This document shows, piece after piece, positions 47,243 to 56,190 of a DNA stretch of 64,000 bases (position 1 is the stretch's first letter; every line of letters starts with the position of its first letter). A program made the translations under genes and the position numbers. Source of the stretch: Planctomycetota bacterium. GTDB taxonomy: Bacteria; Planctomycetota; GCA-002687715; CAIWVZ01. The stretch spans positions 1 to 64,000 of the forward strand of contig JBGANV010000006.1 of assembly GCA_044222185.1 (NCBI GenBank), given 5' to 3'. The notes under the pieces are model-generated. The model was not told the origin of the DNA. It made no database searches and worked only from the letters and a program-made list of their open reading frames with translations.

Positions 47243-48526
47243 TCAGGGCTTGTCGCCCGTTCCGGGTTTGTTGTCGCTCGCGGAGTACTTCTTCAGCAGC
47301 GCCTCGAGTCGGGGGTCGTTCTTGATGTTCGCGAGGTCCAGATCTTCGCGAACCCAGGCGATGTTGCGGTAGCCGCTCTGGAACGCCTTCTCGAGCCGAT
47401 CGATGGCCTCGTCGGACTTCTTCAGCTGGGAGTAGGCGCATGCGAGGTTGTAGTAGGTCGTCCCGAGCGCCTGCTGCATCCGGGGATCGATCTTCGCGTT
47501 GCCGAGGATGGCGATCATGGCCTCGAAGTGCTTCACCGTCTCCTCGCGGAGCCATGCGTCCTGGTAGCTCTGGGCGAGGACGCTGTGGATGTCGATGGCG
47601 CGGTTGCGAAGGTCGCCATCCTTCTTCATGACGGCTTGCTTCTTCTCGTCGGTGTCCGCGGCCTTCACCTCGTCCGCGAGCTTCTTGGCATCCTCCGAGA
47701 TCTTCGCGAGCTGCTCGAGCGCGGGCTTGATCTCCGCGTCGAACAGGTCACGGCTTCCGAGGCGGACCAGGATCGTCGCCGTGAGGCTCTTGACGTCGGG
47801 CTTGGTCGCCTTGTCGGCATAGAGGGCCTTCAAGGCTTCCGCCTGCTTCTTGTCGCCGAGCTGCGCGACGCCCTCCGCGGCCATGCGCCGCTGCTGCGCG
47901 CTGAGGGACGGGTTCTTGTAGATCTCGAAGAAGGCATCCGCGATCTTCTCGCGGTTGTACTTGTCGAGCATGGCGTACATGCCCGGGTAGTTCCCGCCCT
48001 TCGTCGCGGCCGTGCGGACCTCGTTCATGCAGAGCGTGAGGTAGATGCGTGCCTCGACGCGTTTCAGGACGTCCGCGACGTCGGCGTTGTCGCTCGCTGC
48101 GGCCGCGGTGGCGATCGGCGCCAGGCCCTTGTCACGGAGTGCCAGGAGTTCCTTCGTGGCAGTGATGAGCGTCGTGACGGCGGAGTCGACGGATTTGGCG
48201 TCAGGCGCGGCCGCGGGGGCCGGACGTGACTTGGCGATGTCGCCGACGGCTCCTGCGATCGTGCCGGTGGCCGTGCTTTCGGCCTTCGCCTTGTCGTCGA
48301 TCGCCTTCTTCGCGGCTTCGCCGAGGCCGAAAACCGCGCGCGACGCCTCGATGAAGGCCTTGACCTTTCCGCCCGAGTCGCCGGTCGGCTGCGTCGTCGG
48401 TTGCGAGGCCGGGCGCGCCTCGCCCGCACCGCCTCCTTGGGGGAAGCCTCGGTCGACGGGGGCAGCTAGCGCCTGGAAACCGAAAGTCAGGGCTACGCAC
48501 ACCGTCGCCAATCGCGTGACCGTCAT
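47243..48526 (-). CDS. secreted hypothetical protein with Lys/Ala-rich coiled region and TPR-like C-terminus
   Basis: Signal peptide MTVTRLATVCVALTFGFQALAAP. Low-complexity AAAPDAKS… linker. C-terminal …TYYNLACAYSQLKKSDEAIDRLEKAFQSGY… (TPR-like). Confidence 0.6.
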   Translation of the reverse strand: MTVTRLATVCVALTFGFQALAAPVDRGFPQGGGAGEARPASQPTTQPTGDSGGKVKAFIEASRAVFGLGEAAKKAIDDKAKAESTATGTIAGAVGDIAKSRPAPAAAPDAKSVDSAVTTLITATKELLALRDKGLAPIATAAAASDNADVADVLKRVEARIYLTLCMNEVRTAATKGGNYPGMYAMLDKYNREKIADAFFEIYKNPSLSAQQRRMAAEGVAQLGDKKQAEALKALYADKATKPDVKSLTATILVRLGSRDLFDAEIKPALEQLAKISEDAKKLADEVKAADTDEKKQAVMKKDGDLRNRAIDIHSVLAQSYQDAWLREETVKHFEAMIAILGNAKIDPRMQQALGTTYYNLACAYSQLKKSDEAIDRLEKAFQSGYRNIAWVREDLDLANIKNDPRLEALLKKYSASDNKPGTGDKP

Positions 48527-48813
48527 CGTTCTGCCTCCGCTCGTCTTCGAATGAGAAATGATGGTGTTCCTGAGGGGACGAAGAATACCTCGCTCGCCTT
48601 GACGGCGGCAACCGCGTTGGGCTCCCCGCGAGTCGCGGGGATCACGGGCGCGCCGCGCCACCGGGCGATCGTCTCCGTCAGAGTCTGAAAAAACGGAAGT
48701 CGTAGGTAGATAGATAGCCGTCGGCTGGGCGCCGGCCGCCCAGCGGGGCGGGGGCCGGGCACGCGGCAGGAAACCACGCAACTCTCGGGGCTCGATCCCG
48801 TAGTGGGGAGGTC

Positions 48814-49365
48814 GTGTCAACCGGTCAGCCAGAAGGTCCAACGGACCGCGAGATCCTCATGCGCGCCGCGCGAGGGGATCGCAGCGCCTTCGGGCTGTTC
48901 TTCGACCGACATGCTGCGGCCGCCTGTCGCTACGCCTCGCGCTTGACGCGGGATCGCGCGACGGCTGAGGATTCGGTCCACGAGGCCTTCGTGCGCCTGA
49001 TCGACGCCGCGCGACGTGGAGTGTTCGACCCCGACCGCGGAACGCCGCGCGGGCTGCTCTTCCGGACGGTGCGGAACATCTGCATCGACTGGTTCCGCCA
49101 CCGGGCGAAGGAGTCCCAGCTCGACGACGCCAACCGTGAGTCCGGTTCCGAGGGTCGCGACGCGGCATTCGAAGCGCGCGACGATTTCGAATCCCTGATC
49201 GCCGGCATCACCGAGCCGCAACGCACGGCGTTGCTGCTCCGCGTCGATGGCGGATTGTCCTACGACGAGATTGCCACCGTGCTGGACGCCACGCTGCCGC
49301 AGGTGAAGACCTGGATCTTCAGGGCGCGCAGGGTCTTGTCCGAGCAGTGGCTGGAGACCTCTTGA
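48814..49365 (+). CDS. ECF sigma-70 factor (RpoE-like)
   Basis: Region 2 …DSVHEAFVRLIDA…NICIDWFR…. Region 4 …LLLRVDGGLSYDEIATVLDATLPQVKTWIFRARRVL…. GTG start; the stop overlaps the anti-sigma start. Confidence 0.85.
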   Translation: MSTGQPEGPTDREILMRAARGDRSAFGLFFDRHAAAACRYASRLTRDRATAEDSVHEAFVRLIDAARRGVFDPDRGTPRGLLFRTVRNICIDWFRHRAKESQLDDANRESGSEGRDAAFEARDDFESLIAGITEPQRTALLLRVDGGLSYDEIATVLDATLPQVKTWIFRARRVLSEQWLETS

Positions 49366-49898
49366 CGAGGCATGCCATGTGGTGTGACGTCGATTCAGAA
49401 GAACTGAGTTCGTGGGTGGACGGCGAGATCGGCGACGCTCGGGCTGAAGAGCTTCGGGCGCACGTCGTGACCTGTCCGGCCTGCCGTGCCGAGTTGGAGC
49501 AGATCCGACGTGTCGACGACACGATCCGGAGCCGCGCCGTCTCCGGCGACCTCACGAGTCTGCGGGAGCGGGTCGTCGCAGCGACGCCCGCAGATCGGTG
49601 GCGGTCCGTGTGGCGATGGGGGTCCGCGGCCGCGGCTCTCCTCGTCGCCGCCGTGCTGGGGAGTCGATGTGGCGAACCGGTCCTGAATCCTGCACACGTG
49701 GATCCGGATCCGCGCGTGAAGGTGCAGGAGGCGTACGTCGACTCGCTCGAACTCGATGCGGCTTCGCTTCGCGTCGAGCTCCTCGCGGCGTCCACGGATT
49801 CGCCGGCGGGAGTCGAGTTGAATTCCAAGATCGATGCGGTCCTGCTCCGTCTCGAGCGGCTTCGCCGCGACGGACTGGTGCCGTTGAAGGGAGAATGA
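49347..49898 (+). CDS. zf-HC2-type anti-sigma factor (single TM)
   Basis: …HVVTCPACRAELEQ… is the HxxxCxxC anti-sigma zinc motif. TM segment WGSAAAALLVAAVLG. Translationally coupled to the sigma gene. Confidence 0.7.
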   Translation: MAGDLLTRHAMWCDVDSEELSSWVDGEIGDARAEELRAHVVTCPACRAELEQIRRVDDTIRSRAVSGDLTSLRERVVAATPADRWRSVWRWGSAAAALLVAAVLGSRCGEPVLNPAHVDPDPRVKVQEAYVDSLELDAASLRVELLAASTDSPAGVELNSKIDAVLLRLERLRRDGLVPLKGE

Positions 49899-49899
49899 C

Positions 49900-51813
49900 A
49901 TGCGTACGCGCTTCGTGCTGGTGGCGCTGGTTCTGGCCGCTTGGGTTTCTGCACAGAGTGCGAACACGTCGCCGGTGGCACCCGCGCAGCCTTCGGGACA
50001 GGGGGCCTCGGCATCACCAGTCACACCCGTGGCGCCGGCGGCGCCCGTTGCACCGGGGACCGTGTCTGGCGTGGGCGCCGGCACATGGTCCGGCGCAGGG
50101 TCCGGCGCAGGGTCCGGCGCAGGGTCCGGCGCAGGGTCCGGCGCAGGGTCCGGCGCAGGGTCCGGCGCAGGGTCCGGCGCAGGGTCCGCGCCAGTTGCGC
50201 CTGGCCCTGGGGTTTCGGAGACGCGACCGGACGCCATCGGCGGAGCGACTGCGCCGGCGACCGGGATCGGCCTCGAGCCCGCGTCCACCACGATCGGCGT
50301 CGGGACGTGGGTCAGGGAGGCGCCCGCGGCGTTGGCGCCGGAGACCGCCGTGGAAGTCGGCGCTGGGCTGTCCGCCATCGAGTTGCCGGCGGAACTCGCC
50401 GACGGCGTCGGCGAGGAGGTCTGTGACGCCATCGAGCAGCTGGTCGATGCGTTGAAGGCGGACGCGCTCTCGAGCGAAGCCACGGAAGCGACGGGAAAGG
50501 ACGAGCGAGCTGCGGTCACGGCGCTGACCGAGTCCATGCGGCGCATCTGGGTGTGGAACGACGAGAGCATCCACGCGGTCGACGGCGAGAGGGTCCTCGT
50601 CGTCACGAAGCAGCCCGACGGCGGCCACACGGGGACCGTCAAGAGCGACGTGTCCGCACTGGAAGACGCCCGTGGCGCCATCGAGCGCGCGACGGAGTCC
50701 GTGAAAGACGGCATCGGCGGCCTGCCGAAAGGCGTCCGAGCGAAGTTCAAGGCGTTCTACGATCGCAAGCGCGCGGAGGTGGCGGCGCACGTGAAGGCTG
50801 CCATCGATCAGTGTCTTTCGAACGTCGCGTCGACGTCGGCCGCCCGGGCCGCGAGAGACCGCGTTCTCAACTCGGCGATTCGCGACTACCAGGTGGCCGT
50901 GCAGCGATCGGTGAAGGCGCGGGCGACCGAACCGGCCGAGAGATCTGCGGGGCCGGGCGCGCGTGATGCCGCGGCCCAGCAACAGGCGGCAGCGGCTCGT
51001 CTCGCCGAGGCGGAACGGGCCCTCGCCGACGCTCGCGCCCGGCTCGAGGCCACCGTGTCCAAGGAAGGTCAGGACCGCGCTCGCGCCCAGGTCGACGGTG
51101 CGTTGAGCGAGAGCATCCGCAAGCGATACCAGTCCGTTCTCGACCTCGCGCGCCAGGAATCGGACCTCACGGAGCAGGTGCGGAGCCGCGACAGCAAGCT
51201 CGCCGAGACGAAGGCTCTGATGGACGCGCTTCGTCTGGCCGAACAGAACGCGCAAGTCGGCCGCGAGGAGACCGAGCGGCGTCTCGTCGAGCTGAAGGAG
51301 CAACGGAAGGTTCTCGACCGCGCGATCGACGAGGCGACGAAGCAGGCGCTGCGCGAGAAGGCTCACCGACTCGAGGCTGAAGCGGCGCGCCGTCGCGCGG
51401 AAGCCGAGGCACGTCGTGCCGAAGAGGAGATGAACCGCGCACAGGAGGCGAAGGCCCGTGCCGAGCGCCAGGCCGACCGACTGGCCAACGGCGGAGCGCA
51501 GTCCTCGGGCACGTCGCCTCGGGGCTCCGGAGTGTCCACGTGGCTCGGCGGCAACGCGACGGCATCGGAGTCGCCAGCGACCCGGCCCTCCATCTCCCGA
51601 GCGGGGGGTGGACTCGGGCAGCGCGGGTCGCAGCCCTACCCGGGCGGTCGGCCGGGCGCGACCGGGATGGGTGGCGCAGCCGGCGGCCAATGGGCGAGCG
51701 ACAGCCTCCTCCGGTCGAACGATGCGGAGATCCAGCAGCTGCGCGCAGAGTTGGATCGCCTGCGCCGCGAGGTCGAGGAGCTTCGCCGCGTGGCGAATCA
51801 ACGCAGCCGCTGA
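49900..51813 (+). CDS. secreted protein with (GAGS)n low-complexity segment and about 350-aa Ala/Arg/Glu-rich coiled-coil C-terminus
   Basis: Signal peptide MRTRFVLVALVLAAWVSAQS. Contains the (GSGA)x8 repeat. C-terminal …AEAERALADARARLEATVSKEGQDRARAQ… is heptad-like. Confidence 0.65.
   Translation: MRTRFVLVALVLAAWVSAQSANTSPVAPAQPSGQGASASPVTPVAPAAPVAPGTVSGVGAGTWSGAGSGAGSGAGSGAGSGAGSGAGSGAGSGAGSAPVAPGPGVSETRPDAIGGATAPATGIGLEPASTTIGVGTWVREAPAALAPETAVEVGAGLSAIELPAELADGVGEEVCDAIEQLVDALKADALSSEATEATGKDERAAVTALTESMRRIWVWNDESIHAVDGERVLVVTKQPDGGHTGTVKSDVSALEDARGAIERATESVKDGIGGLPKGVRAKFKAFYDRKRAEVAAHVKAAIDQCLSNVASTSAARAARDRVLNSAIRDYQVAVQRSVKARATEPAERSAGPGARDAAAQQQAAAARLAEAERALADARARLEATVSKEGQDRARAQVDGALSESIRKRYQSVLDLARQESDLTEQVRSRDSKLAETKALMDALRLAEQNAQVGREETERRLVELKEQRKVLDRAIDEATKQALREKAHRLEAEAARRRAEAEARRAEEEMNRAQEAKARAERQADRLANGGAQSSGTSPRGSGVSTWLGGNATASESPATRPSISRAGGGLGQRGSQPYPGGRPGATGMGGAAGGQWASDSLLRSNDAEIQQLRAELDRLRREVEELRRVANQRSR
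50089..50184 (+). repeat. perfect 12-bp tandem repeat (TCCGGCGCAGGG) x8 inside CDS 49900..51813
   Basis: Eight exact copies encode (SGAG)n. The flanking sequence GTCCGGCGCAGGGTCCGCGCC shows degenerate copies. Confidence 0.9.
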
Positions 51814-51832
51814 GCTGTGGCGGTCGTGAAGG

Positions 51833-52549
51833 TCAGGCGTCGTCGCGCGTGATCGTGCGTGTGGCGCCGCCCGGCAGACCTACGATCAGGAGCGCGGCCA
51901 TGTTGACGAACAAGCCGTGCTCGGCGATCCCGGGAACGCCATCGAGCGACGCGGCCAACCGACCCGGATTCGGTATCTGGCCGAATCGGCAATCGAGGAT
52001 CCAGTTGCCGTTGTCCGTCACGTAGGTCGCGCCGTCCTTCTGGCGTCGCAGGCCGGGCTCGCCGCCGAGCCTGCGGATCTCGTCAGCCACGACCCGTGAC
52101 GCAAATGGGATCACCTCGACGGGCAGCGGAAACGCGCCGAGCGTCGGCACGAGCTTCGTCGAGTCGGCGATGACGATGAACCTCTTCGCCGCGCGCGCGA
52201 CGACCTTCTCGCGAAGATGCGCGCCGCCGCCGCCCTTGATCAACGCGAGTCGCGCGTCGGCCTCGTCCGCGCCGTCGATGGCGACGTCGAGCGACGTGAC
52301 GTCGTCGAACGTCAAGAGCGGAATGCCTTCGCTCTCGGCCAGGCGACGCGTGGCTTCCGACGTCGGAAGACCCCGGATCTTCAACCCCTGGCGCACGAGC
52401 TGGCCGAGGCGCTTCACGGCGTAGGCCGACGTGGATCCGCTGCCGAGGCCGACGATCATGCCGGACTGGACGAACTCGGCGGACTTGTCCCCGGCGGCTT
52501 TCTTCTGGGCTTCGAGATCGTTCATGGGCGACGGTGTCGGTTGGGGCAT
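51833..52549 (-). CDS. rpiA: ribose-5-phosphate isomerase A
   Basis: 238 aa. …GMIVGLGSGSTSAYAV…DVAIDGADEAD…LIKGGGGAHLREK… is the canonical RpiA motif set. The upstream 300-aa extension in the ORF track is non-coding. Confidence 0.9.
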   Translation of the reverse strand: MPQPTPSPMNDLEAQKKAAGDKSAEFVQSGMIVGLGSGSTSAYAVKRLGQLVRQGLKIRGLPTSEATRRLAESEGIPLLTFDDVTSLDVAIDGADEADARLALIKGGGGAHLREKVVARAAKRFIVIADSTKLVPTLGAFPLPVEVIPFASRVVADEIRRLGGEPGLRRQKDGATYVTDNGNWILDCRFGQIPNPGRLAASLDGVPGIAEHGLFVNMAALLIVGLPGGATRTITRDDA

Positions 52550-52560
52550 GACGGCGACCT

Positions 52561-53853
52561 TCAGCGGAGCGTCTTGAGCAGTTCCGCGAGTCTCGGCATG
52601 GCGCGGTCGATCTCGTTTTCGGACACGGCGCCCACGGAACAGCGGAACCACCCGTCGTTCGACCGGAAGTCGAACGATTGGAACGGGACGAGCGCCACGC
52701 CCGCGCCCTCGAGCACGTAGCGGCGGATGTCGTCGTTCGTCTCCAGCGTCCGACCGTCGGCGGTCGTGCAGCCGTTCGCCTGAATGCGCACGGTGAGGTA
52801 GATCGCGCCCATGGGCTCGATGCTCTCGACGGGCAAGCCCGCGCGCTTCATTCCCTGGAACGTGGCGTGGAGTCTGTTGAGGCGGCTCTGGACACCGTTG
52901 CGGAAGGTCCCGCGGAACGCCTTCACGGCTTCCACGTCCCCGAGGAAGCCAGCCGTCGCGACCTGCTCGGCGCGAGGGGCCCACGCTCCCACGTGACCGA
53001 GGATGTCCGACATGCGCGAGATCACGGCGGGCGGCCCGAGGCCCCACCCGACCCGCACGCCCGTGGCCGCGAACGCCTTCGAGATGCCGTCCACGAAAAT
53101 GGTGTATGGCGCCATTGCGGGGCGGAGGCTGACGGGGTTCACGTGCGTGACCGCGCCGAACGTCAGCATCCAATACACCTGGTCGTACATGACGTAGAGA
53201 GGCTTGCGCGCGGAGCCGCGGCGCCGGTTCTCGTCGAGGACGGCATCGCAGATGGCAGTGAGCGCATCGGCGGTGAACGCCGTGCCGGTGGGATTCAGCG
53301 GGGAGCAAAGCGCGAGGAGGCGAGCGTCGGCGAGGTGCGGGCGGAGCAACTCGGCGGTCGGGAGGAAGCGCGTCGCGGCGCTCGAGGGGACGGCGATGGC
53401 GCGGGCACCGACCATGTGGCAGTAGTGGTTGTTGTTCCACGACGGCGCGGGGTAGACGACGACCTCGCCCGGATCGACGAGCGCGCGGTAGGTCGCGTAG
53501 ATGATCGGGCGCGAGCCGCCGGCGATCACGATCCCGCCAGCAGGGTAGTCCAGCCCGAACTCCCGCTTGAAGAGCGCGAGCACGGCCTCGCGGAGCGGTG
53601 CGATGCCGTTCGATGGTGGATAGTTGGTTTCGCCTGCGCGGAGAGCGTCGGCGATCCGTGTCTCCAACGGCCCGGGGATGCGGAACTGCTTTGCAGAGAA
53701 GTCACCGACCGTGAGGTCGAGGATCTCGCGGCCCTTCGCCTTCAGGTCGCGCACGTCGGCCGCGATCTTCAGGATCTCGGAGCCGATCAGTCCGTTCGCC
53801 ATCGTCGAGACGAGTCCGTCGGCGCGATGGGGTGTGTCGAAGCTCAGTGGCAT
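52561..53853 (-). CDS. PLP-dependent aminotransferase (class I/II, aspartate-aminotransferase fold)
   Basis: …NYPPSNGIAPLREAV… and …FVDGISKAFAATGVRVGW… (the SKxF PLP-lysine motif). Confidence 0.85.
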   Translation of the reverse strand: MPLSFDTPHRADGLVSTMANGLIGSEILKIAADVRDLKAKGREILDLTVGDFSAKQFRIPGPLETRIADALRAGETNYPPSNGIAPLREAVLALFKREFGLDYPAGGIVIAGGSRPIIYATYRALVDPGEVVVYPAPSWNNNHYCHMVGARAIAVPSSAATRFLPTAELLRPHLADARLLALCSPLNPTGTAFTADALTAICDAVLDENRRRGSARKPLYVMYDQVYWMLTFGAVTHVNPVSLRPAMAPYTIFVDGISKAFAATGVRVGWGLGPPAVISRMSDILGHVGAWAPRAEQVATAGFLGDVEAVKAFRGTFRNGVQSRLNRLHATFQGMKRAGLPVESIEPMGAIYLTVRIQANGCTTADGRTLETNDDIRRYVLEGAGVALVPFQSFDFRSNDGWFRCSVGAVSENEIDRAMPRLAELLKTLR

Positions 53854-53916
53854 GCGAAGTCTTTCCAAAGGCCCGGAGGCGGGCAGCGCGACGCCGACGC
53901 CAGCGTCGCCGGATTC

Positions 53917-54267
53917 TCAAACAGCGAACTCCGTCGGGGGCTTCGGAACCGGTGGCGGCGCCGTCCCGGCGGCGTAGCCGATCCGCCGCAGCAGTGGGAA
54001 GCCGTAGAGCCCCAGGTTGTGGCCGTCGTCGAAGCCGATCTGGAATGCGTACTGGCCGACGGTCTTCAGCGACTTCACCTTGATGCCCGCGAACGTCTCG
54101 CGAGGCGGCGGTTCGGGCGCAACGCCGTGGCCGGTGCACTCGGCGCAGGGACACCGCGCCCGCAAGTGGTCCGCGGGGTAGTGCGTCGTCGTACCGTCCG
54201 ACCAGGTGATCGTCAGGACCTGATCGCCCAGGATGAGGTCAGCGCCAGTCGGAATGGGATCGGCCAT
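53917..54267 (-). CDS. DUF971 (gamma-butyrobetaine-hydroxylase N-terminal-like) small protein
   Basis: 116 aa MADPIPTGADLILGDQVLTITWSDGTTTHYPADHLRARCPCAEC…, typical of DUF971 with the CPCAxC zinc motif. Confidence 0.7.
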   Translation of the reverse strand: MADPIPTGADLILGDQVLTITWSDGTTTHYPADHLRARCPCAECTGHGVAPEPPPRETFAGIKVKSLKTVGQYAFQIGFDDGHNLGLYGFPLLRRIGYAAGTAPPPVPKPPTEFAV

Positions 54268-54390
54268 GGGGAATTGCCTCGCGCGGCGGTGCAGCGTCGC
54301 ATGCGCCTGATGCCGCCTCAAGGCGAGATGGGCCCAACTCCGCATCTCGGTATGCTCGCGGGCGGACCTGCAACCGCAGAACCTGACACC

Positions 54391-54738
54391 ATGCCAAGGA
54401 TCGAGACCGTCACGGTGCGGATCACAACGGGCTCTCGGGGCTGCGAGGCTCCCGTCCGGATTCGCTTCAACAGCTTCGAGCTCCCCCTGAAAACCACCCA
54501 CGGGGGGACGGCGCCTGGTGAGCGCTACGAAGGTACGTTCCGCCTGAGCAGCATCGGCCACAGTTGCGCGCTGATCGGCCCCCGCTCCGGGCCATGGGAC
54601 CTGGAGCGGCTGGAGGTCGTGTTCGACTACGGTCCCGCGCAGCCCGCCGCGGTGCACGATTTCGGGACGGTGATCCTGGAGATCGGTCAGGAACTCGACG
54701 TTCTGACGAAGCCTCCGCCGCCGGCGTTCGACGTGTGA
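54391..54738 (+). CDS. small hypothetical protein (115 aa)
   Basis: MPRIETVTVRITTGSRGCEAPVRIRFNSFELPLKTTHGGTAPGERYEGTFRLSSIGHSCALIGPRSGPWDLERLEVVFDYG… has protein-like composition. It sits in a gap between two minus-strand genes. This is the C-terminal part of ORF 52678..54738, whose remainder is antisense junk. Confidence 0.4.
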   Translation: MPRIETVTVRITTGSRGCEAPVRIRFNSFELPLKTTHGGTAPGERYEGTFRLSSIGHSCALIGPRSGPWDLERLEVVFDYGPAQPAAVHDFGTVILEIGQELDVLTKPPPPAFDV

Positions 54739-54764
54739 CGCGGGGTGGGGGCGTCGCGCGCCGC

Positions 54765-55373
54765 TCAGTGCGACGGCGCGTAGTAGGGATTGGCGCCGGC
54801 CGCGTGATCCGTCGAGTCGACGACGTTCACCACCTCGGGCACCTTCTCCTTGATCGACTTGGTCACGCCTTCCTTCAGTGTGGCACTGGAGCTGGCGCAG
54901 CCGTGGCACCCGCCGCCCATCTTGATGACGACCGTGTCCTTCGTGCAGTCGACGATCTCGATGAACCCGCCGTGTGACGCCACGGCGGGGTTGATCTCGA
55001 AGTCGAGGACCTTCTGGACCTTCTCGCGGATCACTTCTTCTGGCGGAAGCGTGGAGACGTAGCCCGGTCGAACGAGGGGCTGCCCGCTCGTGATCGCCGC
55101 GCGGATCGCCGCGCCGCATTCCTTGGCGAGGACGGCCCACTGCGCCTGTCCATCCTGGGCGACGGTGACGACGGGGCCCGTCATGACCACCTGGCGAACG
55201 CTCGCGAGCGCGAACAGGCGCTCGGGAATCGCCGAGCCCTTGGCCTGCTGGGCGTCGTTGAAGTAGGCGGTTCCACCGTCGTAGACGGAACGGTCGACCT
55301 CGAATGCGCACTTCCTGGGGTTGGGGGAGAGCCGGGCCGTGATGCGAATGACGAGCTGTTGATCCACGTTCAC
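54765..55373 (-). CDS. NfuA-like Fe-S cluster assembly protein (Nfu_N + NifU C-terminal domains)
   Basis: Nfu_N-like …LVIRITARLSPNPRKCAFEV…. NifU C-domain …INPAVASHGGFIEIVDCTKDTVVIKMGGGCHGCASSSATLKEGV…. Probable GTG start at about 55373; the upstream ATG at 55421 is also possible. Confidence 0.75.
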   Translation of the reverse strand: MNVDQQLVIRITARLSPNPRKCAFEVDRSVYDGGTAYFNDAQQAKGSAIPERLFALASVRQVVMTGPVVTVAQDGQAQWAVLAKECGAAIRAAITSGQPLVRPGYVSTLPPEEVIREKVQKVLDFEINPAVASHGGFIEIVDCTKDTVVIKMGGGCHGCASSSATLKEGVTKSIKEKVPEVVNVVDSTDHAAGANPYYAPSH

Positions 55374-55444
55374 ACTCCGCGACCTGGGATGAATGGGAGC
55401 CTCTATAACACGGCGGTCCACACGCGCTGATGCTGCTGAAAACG

Positions 55445-55490
55445 AAAACGGCCGGCAACCGTGAGGCTACCGGCCGTTCAATCACGCGCA
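55445..55490 (-). terminator. Rho-independent terminator downstream of the RRM gene
   Basis: On the minus strand: AACGGCCGG-tagcctcacggttg-CCGGCCGTT followed by TTCGTTTTC. Confidence 0.5.
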
Positions 55491-55500
55491 GGGCGCGTGT

Positions 55501-55869
55501 CTACCAGCGTTCGCGATGACGCGGTCCGCCGCCGCCGAAGCCACCACCGCCTCGGCCGCCGCCACCACCACCACGACCACCACCGCCGCCGAATCCGCCG
55601 CCGCCGCCACCGCCACCCTGGCGGCCTGACGACGTCGCGAAATCGACCTTGATGGTGCGACCATCGATTTCCTGACCGTTCATTTCGGACTGGGCGCGAT
55701 CGCCGTCAGTGTCGTTCTTGAACGTCACGAAGCCGAAACCGCGCGAGCGGCCCGTCTCCTTGTCGGTCAGAACGATTGCGTCGGAGATTTCCCCGAAACG
55801 CGCGAACGCCTCGCGGAGTCCATCGGTCGTCGTGGCCCAGGCGAGCCCGCCGACGAAAAGCTTCTTCAT
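55501..55869 (-). CDS. RRM-type glycine-rich RNA-binding protein
   Basis: [50 protein letters not shown]… carries RNP2 and RNP1 motifs, followed by a (GGGGRGG)n tail. Confidence 0.85.
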   Translation of the reverse strand: MKKLFVGGLAWATTTDGLREAFARFGEISDAIVLTDKETGRSRGFGFVTFKNDTDGDRAQSEMNGQEIDGRTIKVDFATSSGRQGGGGGGGGFGGGGGRGGGGGGRGGGGFGGGGPRHRERW

Positions 55870-56190
55870 GTGCACTCGATCCCTGTCAAGCACCTCCCAC
55901 GAAGAGAACTCGGCGATCGCGCAACGGCGCACGGTCTTCGGGCAAGTCCCGCGAGACCTCCGTGGGTTCGTTCAATCCGAAACAACGTTCCCATGGCAGG
56001 TCGCGCGCTTGGTCAGTTCGAACGGGCATTCTGCCTGACTGGAGCGAAACTCGCCCGGATGCATCGGGCCGGGGGTTGAACAGGGCGGATGCTACATGAC
56101 TTTCCACAGCCCCGCGAGGGGAGGTCTTGATAATTGTTGAGTGTTCTGCCTCAGGTTCGCGGCTCGTCGTTCACGTGAACGGAAGCCTCC

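Noticed and set aside
51833-53440. 535-aa ORF treated as one gene
   Set aside because: Only the C-terminal 238 aa form RpiA. The upstream 300 codons are the antisense of the aminotransferase region and are Arg/His-rich.
53917-55485. 522-aa minus ORF spanning the DUF971 gene to beyond the NifU gene
   Set aside because: Only the last 116 aa (the DUF971 protein) are protein-like. The remainder overlaps the real NfuA-like gene in another frame and the + strand small ORF.
55510-55640. GC-rich tandem repeat GGCGGCGGTGGTGG-like at the RRM gene 3' end as a mobile or VNTR element
   Set aside because: It encodes the expected glycine-rich (GGGGRGG)n tail of the RRM protein. The repeat is imperfect and entirely coding.
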